A DNA stretch of 64,000 bases from the NCBI GenBank assembly GCA_964234715.1, contig OZ174280.1. The stretch is one strand, 5' to 3'. A program made the translations under genes and the position numbers. The stretch comes from Podarcis melisellensis (taxonomy: Eukaryota). Position 1 is the stretch's first letter. Each line of letters begins with the position of its first letter. Under the pieces are notes generated by a model. It did not search any database, had not been told where the DNA came from, and worked only from the letters and a program-made list of their open reading frames with translations. Below, piece by piece: positions 37,327 through 48,360 of the stretch.

Positions 37327-39958
37327 GGAAGTTAGATCAGATCCTGATCAAGGGTGAGAAAATGCCAAAAGACCTAAGGGAAGAGAGAAACCCCACTGGA
37401 AAAGAAAATTAGCCTGGGCAGTGGAATTTTCAATCCAATTCAAACAAGCTGCAGTGTATGTTAATATCAGCAAAGTTCTATAGTGCTTGTTGAGTGTTCA
37501 AATCTCCAAAGATATCATCTCAGCAATCTCACCACAACCTTCAATAGTGGGTTGCGGATGGGTTGCGAGGCTGAGACTAGCCTGCCTAAGACTACCTGAT
37601 GAGTATATAGCAGAGGGGTTAACTGGAAAAGTTGAAAATAAACTTTACATCTTAGTTTGTTGGCCACTGCTCTCCATTAGCTAACTTTGGAAAGCAAAAT
37701 CTTATGAAAGGTAGAGTTTACTGTGGTGTTTAAGGTGGCTATATCTGGGTACATGACAGTTCAGGGCTTGTGCATATATCTTCCTTTCCCCCAGCCTGTC
37801 TTTCCAGAAGAAGTATGGTCTGTGTACTCCTTGTTGACCCACCGGGGAATAAATTGCTTCCACCGATGGACTTTCTTCCCATTAATCTCCCACAGTTGTA
37901 GCAAACACCTGAATTCTTCTATATCAGCCACGGGCATTTTACTGCTCAACCCTCTTTAGGGAAAGAGCATGAGCTGTGAGACTTCAATCCTCACATCCCA
38001 GGTTGCACTCAAGGGCAATAAATGGTGGTGGTGTGAAGAGAAAATCTGAGCCATTATTGATCCCCCCAGAGGAAAATATCTGCCACTCCTGAGTATTTGC
38101 TTTCATGCGATCAATGAAAATGTCCTTATCAGGAAAACATGTCTGACCCGGACAAGCATTTTGTCATGTAAACAAACTGGGAGATGGGAGGGCAGAGTGT
38201 GGAAAGCAGAACTGGGAGAGATAAGGAGGGAGACAACGTAAAGCAATGTGGTGGAGGAGGACAGTACAAGGGAGAGGTGGCAGTGGGAGAGAAAAAGCCA
38301 AGGAGGGCAGAGGAGATGGAGAGAGAGCGGAAATGGAGAAAAGAATAGCTGCAAATTGTGAATTGTAATTGAGTGCATAGTGCCATCCATATTACAGCAA
38401 CCTCAGCTGTTTTGGATTTCACAACTGCTTCTCCAAGTGCAATGCTCTGCTTTTTTGAATGACAACCATTTTCTTGTGTGACAAAAGCAAAGGAGTGTCA
38501 TCAGGGGGAACTATTGGTGACCTTCCTTGGTGACCTTGGGGTCTGGGATGTGGGGAAGGGTCTGCCTCCCCCACCCCTGTTGGTTTTGCCATTGAGGATT
38601 AAGCCAGCTTCCATTTGCATAGGCCCACACCTTCACCTGCACAATTCCACCCTGGATCCCATTTCACACTTCAGGGAGACAGAGGTGGAAGGTGGGCACT
38701 GGGTTTTTAGTAGGATTCTTTGACAACAGCTCCAGGGAGGCTAAGTTCAAGGGAGTCTGGTTAAGGCTGTAAGGCTAGTCACATTTACTTGGAAGTAAGT
38801 CTTCTTGAACGCCATCAGATTTACTTCCATTAGCTTGTAAGACACATTTTCCTTAGTAAGGGGAAAAAATATGGGTAATGTCCCGGGGGGCAAAGGAGGA
38901 GGAGAAACAGGTGCAGTTTCAGCAACTTAATCACAGCAGACAGTTCTCCTATATGCTGCTCTACAGGAGCAAAAAGAGAGGGAGATACAGCGCTTAGGTG
39001 TTTAGCTAACAGGGCATTATTGATGTTTTCATTGTTTAAGTAGAGATGCAATTCGTCTCCCCTGACTCCTCTGCACCTTTCTGAGTGCGAAATGGCTGCT
39101 CGCTGACCACTAAAACATTTGAGGATTATTTACCTCCCAGGCCCCCCCACTTCTTTTCCTCCTTACTGTAAGCAGCTGGAATCTGAACCAACCTTACTAG
39201 CAGTGAAATAAGCAGCTTTTCCACCCCTCATTCCAGAGAGATGCCCACAATCTAATTTTGTGATCGCAATCAATTTCACAAGGAAATGTCATTTACGTAG
39301 AATTGTGTATATTGTACAAGGCTATCACACTTTATTCTGAATTAGCTTTCTGCAGAATTTGTAACTGTGTATGGTAAAAGCCAGCAAGACGGCATAGACT
39401 GAGAAACACGAGAGGCGGAGGCCAGGAGGAGTGATTAACAGAGAGCCATACAGGGCTTAGAAACTCTGCTCTCTGAACACTTGGCATTTTGCAGACGTTT
39501 CCCAGCTGTATCTTCAAAACTCCAAGGGACAGAACCCCACTTTCTTTTTCTAAAAAATGAAATGTGATCTAAAAAACAAATAAATTCCAGGCATTAAAAT
39601 TCTACATGTGGCACCAGGTATCCTGTAGAATTCAGTAGTACAGAATCAATATTAGAAAACAGGTATTCTGTAAAGGTAGGCCAAGAACCTCTGGTTTCCT
39701 GACTCGATGAAGACCACACCTGTCATTCAGGATCCTGAAGTTCTAGAACAATAGCTGAATGTTAGTAGCAAGCAATTAGGTATCAAGTTCCATATACTAA
39801 GCCCACAACTTATGTGGGGGTTATGTTCCGGGGTTGTGCCTAAAGCTCCCTCAAATATACTCCAGAGAGTTGTAAGAACCCTATAATAGGTTTAGAAGTC
39901 ACACGGGGAAAGAGGAGGAGGATAAAAGTGATTTTGCTGATGGGACACTTTATTTAGT

Positions 39959-40715
39959 GTTGTTGTTGTTGTTGTTTAGTCATTTAGTCGTGTCCAACTC
40001 TTTGTGACCCCATGGACCAGAGCACGCCAGGCACTCCTGTCTTTCACTGCCTCCCGCAATTTGGTCAAACTCATGTTTGTAGCTTTGACAACACTATCCA
40101 ACCATCTCATCCTCTATCGTCCCCTTCTCCTTGTGCCCTGAATCTTTCCCAGCATTAGGGTCTTTTCCAGGGAGTCTTCTCTTCTCATGAGGTGGCCAAA
40201 GTATTGGCACCTCAGCTTCAGGATCTGTCCTTCCAGTGAGCACTCAGGGCTGATTTCCTTCAGAATGGAGAGGTTTGATCTTCTTGCAGTCTCAAGAGTC
40301 TCCTCCAGCACCATAATTCAAACACATCAATACTTCAGTGATCAGCCTTCTTTATGGTCCAGCTCTGACTTCCATGCATCACTACTGGGAAAACCATAGC
40401 TTTAACCATATGGACCTTTGTTGGCAAGGTGATGTCTCTGCTTTTTAAGATGCTGTCTAGGTTTGTCATTGCTTTTGTCCCAAGAAGCAGGCGTCTTTTA
40501 ATTTCGTGACTGCTGTCAACATCTGCAGTGATCATGGAGCCCAAGAAAGTAAAATCTCTCACTGCCTCCATTTCATCCCCTTCTACTTGCCAGGAGGTGA
40601 TAGGCCCAGTGGCCATGATCTTCGTTTTTTTGATGTTGAGCTTCAGACCATATTTTGCACTCTCCTCTTTCGCCCTCATCAAGAGGTTCTTTAATTCCTC
40701 CTCCCTTTCTGCCAT
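39959..40715 (-). mobile_element. RTE-BovB LINE 3' fragment
   Basis: MAEREEELKNLLMRAKEESAKYGLKLNIKKTKIMATGPITSW...; ILKEISPECSLEGQILKLR; (CAA)n tail; probable TSD atttagt. Confidence 0.95.
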
Positions 40716-41124
40716 TTAGTTACTCTGGATAAAATATCCAGGAGTGAAATTACATGACTAAATGCTCCCCCTAAAAGAGAACTGAGCCTCTGCACATACA
40801 AAACCATCTGTCAGGGTGAACGGCTGAAGACTAGCCTCCTCCCTGAATGTTTTTATTCCCATGGGAAAACACTCAACCCTCTAAATCTACCTCCTGCAGT
40901 TTGAAGGCCAATTACGTACCACAATAGCTGTTTGGCAATGGACCAGACTCTTTTGGGAGCAGAGGCACCATCTGGGGGTGGCCTCAAAATTTTAAGGAGA
41001 GGACCAGGCCCCCTCAATATTCTGTGGCCTGTGGTGGGCCTTGGCAGGCCTCTTCGTGCCGTGTAACATCACATGTGCACACTGCCGACCCCCAAGTTGG
41101 TGGAACTCAGGGCGTGTGCTTGAG

Positions 41125-41265
41125 AGATTATGGATTCTCCTTCACTGGAAGTTCTTAAGCAGCGGCTGGATGGCCATCCATCATGGATGCTTCAGTTGAG
41201 ATTCCTGCAATGGGGGTTGCGCTAAATGACACTTGGAGTCCCTTCCAACACATTCTATGATTCTC
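41125..41265 (+). mobile_element. CR1 3' end, decayed
   Basis: ttctccttcactggaagttcttaagcagcggctggatggcc...cccttccaac...attctatgattct. Confidence 0.8.
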
Positions 41266-41394
41266 TGATGAGCAGTTTACCTAGAGAGCTCAAGAGGCAT
41301 TTCAGTAACTCTATGTCCTTTGTAAAGATAGGGACAATATTAGAAGGTTCACTGAGGCTGGAGCCGCAAATTCAGCAGACTTTGAGGAAGAGTA

Positions 41395-41753
41395 GGGATG
41401 CAGGTGGCGCTGTGGGTTAAAGCCTCAGCGCCTAGGACTTGCCGATCGAAAGGTCGGCGGTTCGAATCCCTGTGGTGGGGTGCGCTCCCGCTGCTCGGTC
41501 CCAGCGCCTGCCAACCTAGCAGTTCGAAAGCACCTCCGGGTGCAAGTAGATAAATAGGGACCGCTTACCAGCGGGAAGGTAAACGGCGTTTCCGTGTGCG
41601 GCTCTGGCTCGCCAGAGCAGCGATGTCACGCTGGCCACGTGACCCGGAAGTGTCTCCGGACAGCGCTGGCCCCTGGCCTCTTAAGTGAGATGGGCGCACA
41701 ACCCCAGAGTCTGTCAAGACTGGCCCGTACGGGCAGGGGTACCTTTACCTTTA
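41395..41753 (+). mobile_element. Sauria SINE, full length, same young subfamily as 10064
   Basis: Diagnostic aaagcctcagcgcctagg and ggcccgtacgggcaggggtacc. Confidence 0.95.
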
Positions 41754-42001
41754 GGGATCAGCAAACTTTTGCAGCAGGGGGCCGGTCCACTGTCCCTCAG
41801 ACCTTGTGGGGGGCTGGACTACATTTTGGAAGAAAAAAATGAACAAATTCCTATGGCCGCAAATAACCCAGAGATGCATTGTAAATAAAAGGACACATTC
41901 TACTCATGTAAAAACACGCTGATTCCCGGACCATCCACAGGCTGGATTTAGAAGGTGATTGGGCTGGATCCAGCCCCCAGGCCTTAGTTTGCCTACCCAT
42001 G
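41752..42001. mobile_element. hAT (Charlie-group) MITE with a SINE inserted in its left TIR
   Basis: Reverse complement of 62359-62612; 8-bp TSD aggaagag at 41385-41392 and 42002-42009 brackets SINE plus MITE. Confidence 0.88.
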
Positions 42002-42627
42002 AGGAAGAGGCAGCAAACTGACTATACCATTTCTGGTCTAGGTGTGACTGCGTGGGGGTGTTACAGATACTTTTATTGCTCTCCTTCCTGAAACAAGACA
42101 AGCAGGGAGAGGGATGTGTTATGATTATTCTTTCTGAACTGCCTGTGTTTTGCTTACACAGAGTTGTGGTGTTTTTATAATGGGGAACGGCTGCCCTTCT
42201 CAGCACTTTGATACAGTGATACCACCTCAGGACTCTTATCTTCTCCATGTACCTGGTCTGAATTCTTCACCCAGAGTGGATTTCCCATTGCAGGCAGGAG
42301 TTATTCAATGTGATGAATCCACATAGCTCTGCAAAGCAGGTTTTTTATGCTGTGGCCCTTAACACCAGTGTCATATAACCCTGTGAGGTGAGTCATTATC
42401 ATTCCCATTTTACAATGTGGGAACTGCTGATGCTGAGCAATTGATTTGCCCAAAGCTACCCATTAAACCCATGTCTGGGCTGCAACTTTCAAATTAAGAA
42501 TTGATTTATTTATTTTTCCAGGCTGAGTTGGGGTAGGGAAGAGAAACCTCTGGTTTTTCCATCAAGAGCCAAATTATACACATGGACAATGGCTTTTTAC
42601 AATGTGCATTTCATTTTGTGAGCATTA

Positions 42628-42878
42628 GAAGAAGAAGAGGAGGAGTTTGGATTTGATATCCTGCCTTTCACTCCCTTTAAGGAGTCTCAAAGCGGCTAAC
42701 ATTCTGCTTTCCCTTCCTCCTCTACAAACACTCTGTGAGATTAGTGAGGCTGAGAGACTTCAAGATGTGTGACTAGCCCAAGGTCACCCAGCAGCTGCAG
42801 GTGGAGGAGCGGAGATGTGAACCCGGTTCCCCAGATTATGAGACTGCCGCTCTTAACCACTACACCACACTGGCTCTC
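42628..42878 (-). mobile_element. Squam3-like tRNA/CORE SINE
   Basis: GAGAGCCAGTGTGGTGTAGTGGTTAAGAGC head on - strand, (CTT)n tail, TSD gcatta. Confidence 0.88.
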
Positions 42879-43164
42879 GCATTAAATGTGTGGACTTTTT
42901 TTAAAAAAAAAATTGAGCTCAGGAAGTTCATTTCACTTTGAAGGAAAATTTTATCTCAGCCTTCATTTCCCAGTAAATATTATGAGATGATATGAGATCT
43001 ACAGGAGCATGTGGATTACCCCTGGTTACTTAGATAATGATTTCCCACATTCATAGTGCTCCACGTACACTATCTTCTTATTCCCTGAGGACTTTCCTAG
43101 AACTGCTATTAGCAGCAGCAGGAGAAGCAGCAGTGGAGGGTGAAGTGAATCAGGATTGCCCCAC

Positions 43165-43470
43165 CTCCATCAACTGTCTGGGGTTCACAGCCATCTGGAT
43201 CCTCCTCTCCTCCCAAAAAGTGTTCTTCTACATGGTGAAACTCTCTGTCACATGAGGCAGTGATGGCCACCAAGTTGAATGGCTTTAAAACAGGGTTAGA
43301 AAAAAATAATGGAGGACTACTAGTCACAGAGGCTATATTCTACCTCCACCATCGAAGGCTGTATTCTTCTGCATGTCAGTTGCTGTTAGACCAGGGGAGA
43401 GAGGAGCGGAAGAGTGCTGTTGTACTCAGGTATTGCAGGACCAGGCATCAGCTTGTAGGACCAGGCATCA
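43165..43470 (+). mobile_element. Old CR1 3' fragment
   Basis: gtgatggccaccaagttgaatggctttaaaacagggttaga..., related to 46165-46430 and 54635-55070. Confidence 0.7.
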
Positions 43471-43501
43471 GGTTCTCTTTCCCCAACCCATGCAAATAAG
43501 A

Positions 43502-43745
43502 AGAAGAGTTTGGATTTGATATCCCGCTTTATCACTACTTGAAGGAGTCTCAAAGCAGCCAACAATCTCCTTTCCCTTCCTCCCCCACAACAAACACTCT
43601 GTGAGGTGAGTCGGGCTGAGAGACTTCAGAGAAGTGTGACTAGCCCAAGGTCACCCAGCAGCTGCATGTGGAGGAGTGGGGAAGCGAACCCGGTTCACCA
43701 GATTATGAGACTACTGCTCTTAACCACTACTCCACACTGGCTCTC
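43502..43745 (-). mobile_element. Squam3-like SINE inserted near the 3' end of element A
   Basis: Same family as 42628-42878; TSD taaga. Confidence 0.88.
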
Positions 43746-44048
43746 TAAGAGACCAATGAGGCTGGTTTTTGGGTCAAAACAGGCCACAACTTTATTGAAT
43801 ACAGATGAAAGAGGTTTGGCTTGAGCATGGTCAATCCAGGCGGGGGTTCCTAAGACTTACCTCAAATAGGGTGACCCTCGCAAGGACCACTGTCTGGGGG
43901 AGTGCCTTTGGCCCTGGGCACGCAGACATGGCCACTCCCTCCGGATCCCTTTAACGGGATACCCCAGAGTTTGGAGGGGCTGGGGAGACTACAACCTCCC
44001 CTCCATCCAAAACAAAGGATTTCCCCAATGCCCAACCAGTTGTGACGA

Positions 44049-44150
44049 TTGCTATGAGGTAGGCAAAACCACCGGGTGAGAGCCAATTAGCCCAGTGGAC
44101 AAATTCCTACCTGGCCCCATAAAGAACGGCGACCACCTTAGCCACAGCAA
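44049..44150 (-). ncRNA. Structured cis-RNA module with U-rich internal loop (ENE-like), copy A
   Basis: TTGCTGTG/CATAGCAA, GGTC(G)CCGT/ATGGGGCC, AGGTAGG/CCTACCT and CCACTGGG/CCCGGTGG helices; loop AATTTGT / TTTTG. Confidence 0.5.
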
Positions 44151-44940
44151 AGTCATTGACTATAAGCTTAAACTGAGGGTGGGTGGGTGAGTGGGGGAAA
44201 CCCGGCGAAGGAACCAACAGGTAGTGCCCCAGGTGTGGGCTGCTTAAATGGGCAAGGGCTGGATCCAAGGGAAGCCTACCTGCTCTGTTGGCTCAGCCCA
44301 AGTCCCCATTAGCCAAAGCTGAGTGCAGGACAGGATCCAGTTCCTGGTAGGTGGAGGGGGCTTAAGCCCCCACCGTCTATCAGGAAGGGCACCGCTGTTC
44401 CAGTTCCCTCCTCGGGGCCCCGGTGAAGCCTTAGCCGTCTTGCAATGCTGTGGCACCAAAAGGTGTGAGCGAACATATGAGCAGGATGAGCCCATGGCCT
44501 AATCCAGCAGTCCCTCCCTAAGTGCCTGTGCCACCTGGACATTTGGGTAACTTTAGGAATAATTACTGCCTGGATTTGCTTGTTTACTCCCCCTCTTTCC
44601 CACTTCTTCATTGTGTTGGTTAGATTGACAGCCTGCACTCAACAGGGCCTTAAAAAAAATCTCTGCACAGCCAAGGTTTACCAGCAGGCAAATGTTAGGC
44701 ACTTTATCAATAATAATAATAATAATAATAATGAGAAAACTCTGTAAACTAGGTCCTTGCTATTAACCCTTGACTGCAGATGAGAGATTGAGGCTGGCCG
44801 AGATGGCTTGCCATGTACTGAGTTCATAGCACAGGTGAAATTCATAGCTCAGCACCAAAGCCCCTTCCACAGCTTTCCTCCAAGTGCTCACTGAGCAGGT
44901 ACAGGGAGGAGTGCAACTTCACCCTCCTAACCTCTGCATT

Positions 44941-45275
44941 CATACCATCCAACTTTTCTCCAATGAAAATAGGGACGTCCCATTCAGTAATGGTAATTTT
45001 ACAATTTACACATCTTACCGGGTTGCCCCAGCCACATTGGGCAGCGTCCAACATATAAAAATAAAACATTAAACATTAAAAAAATAGCTTCCCCTATACA
45101 GTATTGGCACCAGACAGCTCAGGGGTCAGATAACTCCATACCCTTCCAACATTTCTCCAATGAAAATAGAGACATCCTAAGGAAAAGTGGGACATTACAG
45201 GATCAAATCAAAAACCAGGACAGCTTCTCTAAATCAGGGACGTCCCTGGAAAATAGAGCAAAATAGGGACACGTT
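44941..45275. mobile_element. Composite hAT-Blackjack-like element with duplicated terminus and internal L2-tail fragment
   Basis: cataccatccaacttttctccaatgaaaatagggacgtcc recurs near 45137; repeated gggac subterminal motifs. Confidence 0.55.
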
Positions 45276-46164
45276 CAGCAAACGGTGTGAATGGGACACC
45301 TCTATACACACAGACACCCCTTTGCCTCCTTCTGCTGCACATGGGGAGGACAGGACCGGCAGGTACAATCCCCCTTTGACACACTCCATATGCAGTGGAA
45401 GGAAGGAGTAGAATCGGTTTTGGCCACCACGCCCAGTGCTAACACCCCCTGTTTGGTCATTTTAATTTTTGGAGGAGGACAGGACTCATCCCTGACTTGT
45501 TTGACATAGAGAAACACATTTGGCTTGTTGGTATCAGATATTTTAAAACAGCATAGTTCACAACCCACCTGAAACACTTCTGTGGGAACCCCATTGAAAT
45601 GTGTGCAAAAAACAGGGCAAGTGTAGTTGTTGTGCATACAGCACCCATGTACCTATCGTTCATCTTAAAAGATCTCAGAGTAGTTTAAGCAAATTCTACT
45701 GAATTATTCTTCATCAACTGGCAACGAAACGTAACCACTTCTGTGATGAGATGGCATGCCTGATTAAGAGAGCAGAGCTACACGGTGCAGCAGATTAAGG
45801 CAGGGGAGTGAATAAAAATACTGTATCTATTTAAAATGCAAAGGGAATTTAAGCAGAGTATGTAGTTAATCCAGCTGGCTTTAAGCCAGCTCTCCAAGGT
45901 GAACATCCTTGCTGTTTGCAAATGCATGACAAGCCATGAAAGTACCAATGGGTAATGAGAATCTCATTTCCTAAAGGCTACATTCAGATATTAATTCAAC
46001 AAGGGTCCAGAGAGAGAGAAATTAGACTCCTATGTTCCGCTTCCTAACAGTGCCAGAGCATATCCCTGCCAAAAGTTAGATAATTACTTAATAGCACTAC
46101 AAACTTTTCTTTTCAAGACTATGGGTAAGATACACTCTGAGCATGCATGGTAAGGAAAGTGAGA

Positions 46165-46430
46165 GGGGACATGACATAAGTTTATAAAACTATGCATGGC
46201 ATCAGGGAAATGGATACAGATTTCTCTCTCTCCCTCTCTCTTAACGCCCAGAGATTGTGGACATCCAGTGAAGCTGAAGGTTGGAAGATTCTGGATAAAT
46301 AAAAACACAGCACATAGTTAAACTGTGTTGACCACCAATTTGGATGGCTTTAAGAGAGGATTAGATAAATTCATGGAAGAGAGGGCTATTGGTGGCTGCT
46401 AGCTATGACTGCTGTGCTCAGCCTCACTGT
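46165..46430 (+). mobile_element. Old CR1 3' fragment
   Basis: ggggacatga...tttataaaactatgcatgg...ggatggctttaagagaggattagataaattcatgga. Confidence 0.75.
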
Positions 46431-46579
46431 GAGGTCTCTGGGGGCCCTGCAGTCTTGACCTTTCTGCTTACCCAAGCACTCCAAGAGTCACTCATTTGAC
46501 TGAATTAGATCTCTCTCCCCCCCCCCCCGTTATTCCAGTTCCACCACTGGGTTTAAATCTACCTAAAGTACAGTGGTAC

Positions 46580-46725
46580 CAGTGGCGTAGCGTGGGTTGT
46601 CAGCACCCGGGGCAAGGCAAGTAATTTGCACCCCCTAACCCGTGGATTTGCGCCCCCTAACCCTAACCCCCAGATGTTGCGCCCGGTGCGGCCGCCCCCC
46701 CTGCACCCCCCATGCTATGCCACTG
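46580..46725. mobile_element. 146-bp hAT MITE
   Basis: TIRs cagtggcgtagcgtggg / cccatgctatgccactg; 8-bp TSD agtggtac (46572-46579 / 46726-46733). Confidence 0.92.
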
Positions 46726-46872
46726 AGTGGTACCTCGGGTTACAAACACTTCGGGTTACAGACTCCGCTAACCCAAAAATAGTACCTCGGGTTAAGAACT
46801 TTGCTTCAGGATGAGAACAGAAATTGTGCGGTGGCGCAGTGGCAGCGGGGGGCCCCATTAGCTAAAGTGGTA

Positions 46873-47237
46873 AAGGTAAAGGTAAAGGTACCCCTGACCG
46901 TTAGGTCCGGTCGTGGACAACTCTGGGTTTGCACACACATCTCGCTCTATAGGCCGAGGGAGCCGGCGTTTGTCCACAGACAGCTTCCGGGTCATGTGGC
47001 CAGCATGACTAAGCCGCTTCTGCAAAACCAGAGCAGCACACGGAAACACCATTTACCTTACCGCCGGAACGGTACCTATTTATCTACTTGCACTTTGATG
47101 TGATTTTGAACTGCTAGGTGGGCAGGAGTTGGGACCGAACAACGGGAGCTCACTCCGTTGCAGGGATTCGAACTGCCGACATTCCAATCGGTAAGCCCTA
47201 GGCTCTGTGGTTTAGACTACAGCACCACCTGCGTCTC
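46873..47237 (-). mobile_element. Sauria SINE, full length
   Basis: 13-bp TSD agctaaagtggta (46860-46872 / 47238-47250). Confidence 0.95.
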
Positions 47238-48014
47238 AGCTAAAGTGGTACCTCAGGTTAAGAACAGTTTCAGGTTAAGAATGGACCTCCAGAACGAATT
47301 AAGTTTGTAACCAGGGGTACCACTGTACAGTGTGAAATAAGCCAGTAGTTTTGTCACCAGCGCCTGGTGGAAAAGTTGCTTTAGAGGTCTGCATAACCTG
47401 GGCTATGGAATTATGACTCTTCCAGCTTCCAATGTAATCACAAAACTCTTTCCCAAGGATTAAGATGCTCTTTCACATAAACTTGGCTGAAAGGACAAAA
47501 GCATTGATAGCGAGTGAAATGAAGCCTAGTAATATTCATGCAGAGCAGAACATGTAGTTTTACTTACTCAGGAGCTTAGATTTACTATTAAAACTACAAG
47601 CAGAACAAAATATTGTTTACCTAGAAAACTGGTCAGGAAGATTACAATTTACTTCATTACTGCAAAATTTGTAAAATGATGCTATAAAAGGCTGAAGTCT
47701 ATGTAAAAAGAACATACTGTAATTTGTTTTGTTAAAAATATATTGGGTAGTTTCATAGTTAATAGTGATATAAATACCTCTATAGCTTATTATGGGGCAT
47801 ATAAATGTAACCACAACAAATGGATTAAAAAGTGAGGCAATATACTTAATGATTAACCTTGTTATTGTTCACTTATAAAGTGTCTAACATTGTCTAAGCG
47901 CTGCACACAAATTAACCATGCAATCCTTTACATGCCTAGTCACTGGGATTTCCTCCTGGCTAAGTGTGTGTAGGTTTGCAGCCTTAAAGACGAGACAGTC
48001 CTTTTCCACAAACT

Positions 48015-48360
48015 GGTAAAGGTAAAGGACCCCTGATAGTTAAGTCCAGTCGCATACGACTCTGAGGTTGCAGCGCTCATCTCACTTTACAGGCCGCGAG
48101 GGAGCCGGTGTTTGTCCGCAGACAGTTTTTCCAGGTCATGTGGCCCGCATGACTAAGCCGCTTCTGGTGAAACCAGAGCAGTCCACAGAACCGCAGTTCA
48201 CCATCCCTATTTATCTACTTGCACTTGATGTGCTTTTGAACTGCTAGGTGGGCAGGAGCAGGGACCGAACAATGGGAGCTCATCCCGTTATGGGGATTCG
48301 AACCGTTGACCTTTCGATTGGCAAGCCCTAGGCTCCGTGGTTTAGGCCACCTGCATCCTC
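48015..48360 (-). mobile_element. Sauria SINE, near full length
   Basis: TSD ccacaaact (48006-48014 / 48361-48369). Confidence 0.93.

Larger units (their letters stand above)
43473..44521 (-). mobile_element. Element A: LTR-like solo repeat without TSD (possibly DIRS/Ngaro tyrosine-recombinase type)
   Basis: Colinear homology blocks with 52050-52920: start tt..gg...gactgct, ccctcagttta, structured module, AATAAAGTTGTGGCC (AATAAA at 43791-43796). TT...AA termini. Class assignment is inference. Confidence 0.6.
46571..47325. mobile_element. Tc1/mariner-pogo MITE carrying two nested insertions
   Basis: TA + cagtggtac...gtaccactg + TA; internal sequence matches 5135-5365 after removing the inserts. 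Confidence 0.92.

Noticed and set aside
40931-40952. tttggcaatgg, resembling the miR-182 5' end
   Set aside because: Diverges after 11 nt; no hairpin and no miR-183/96 neighbours.
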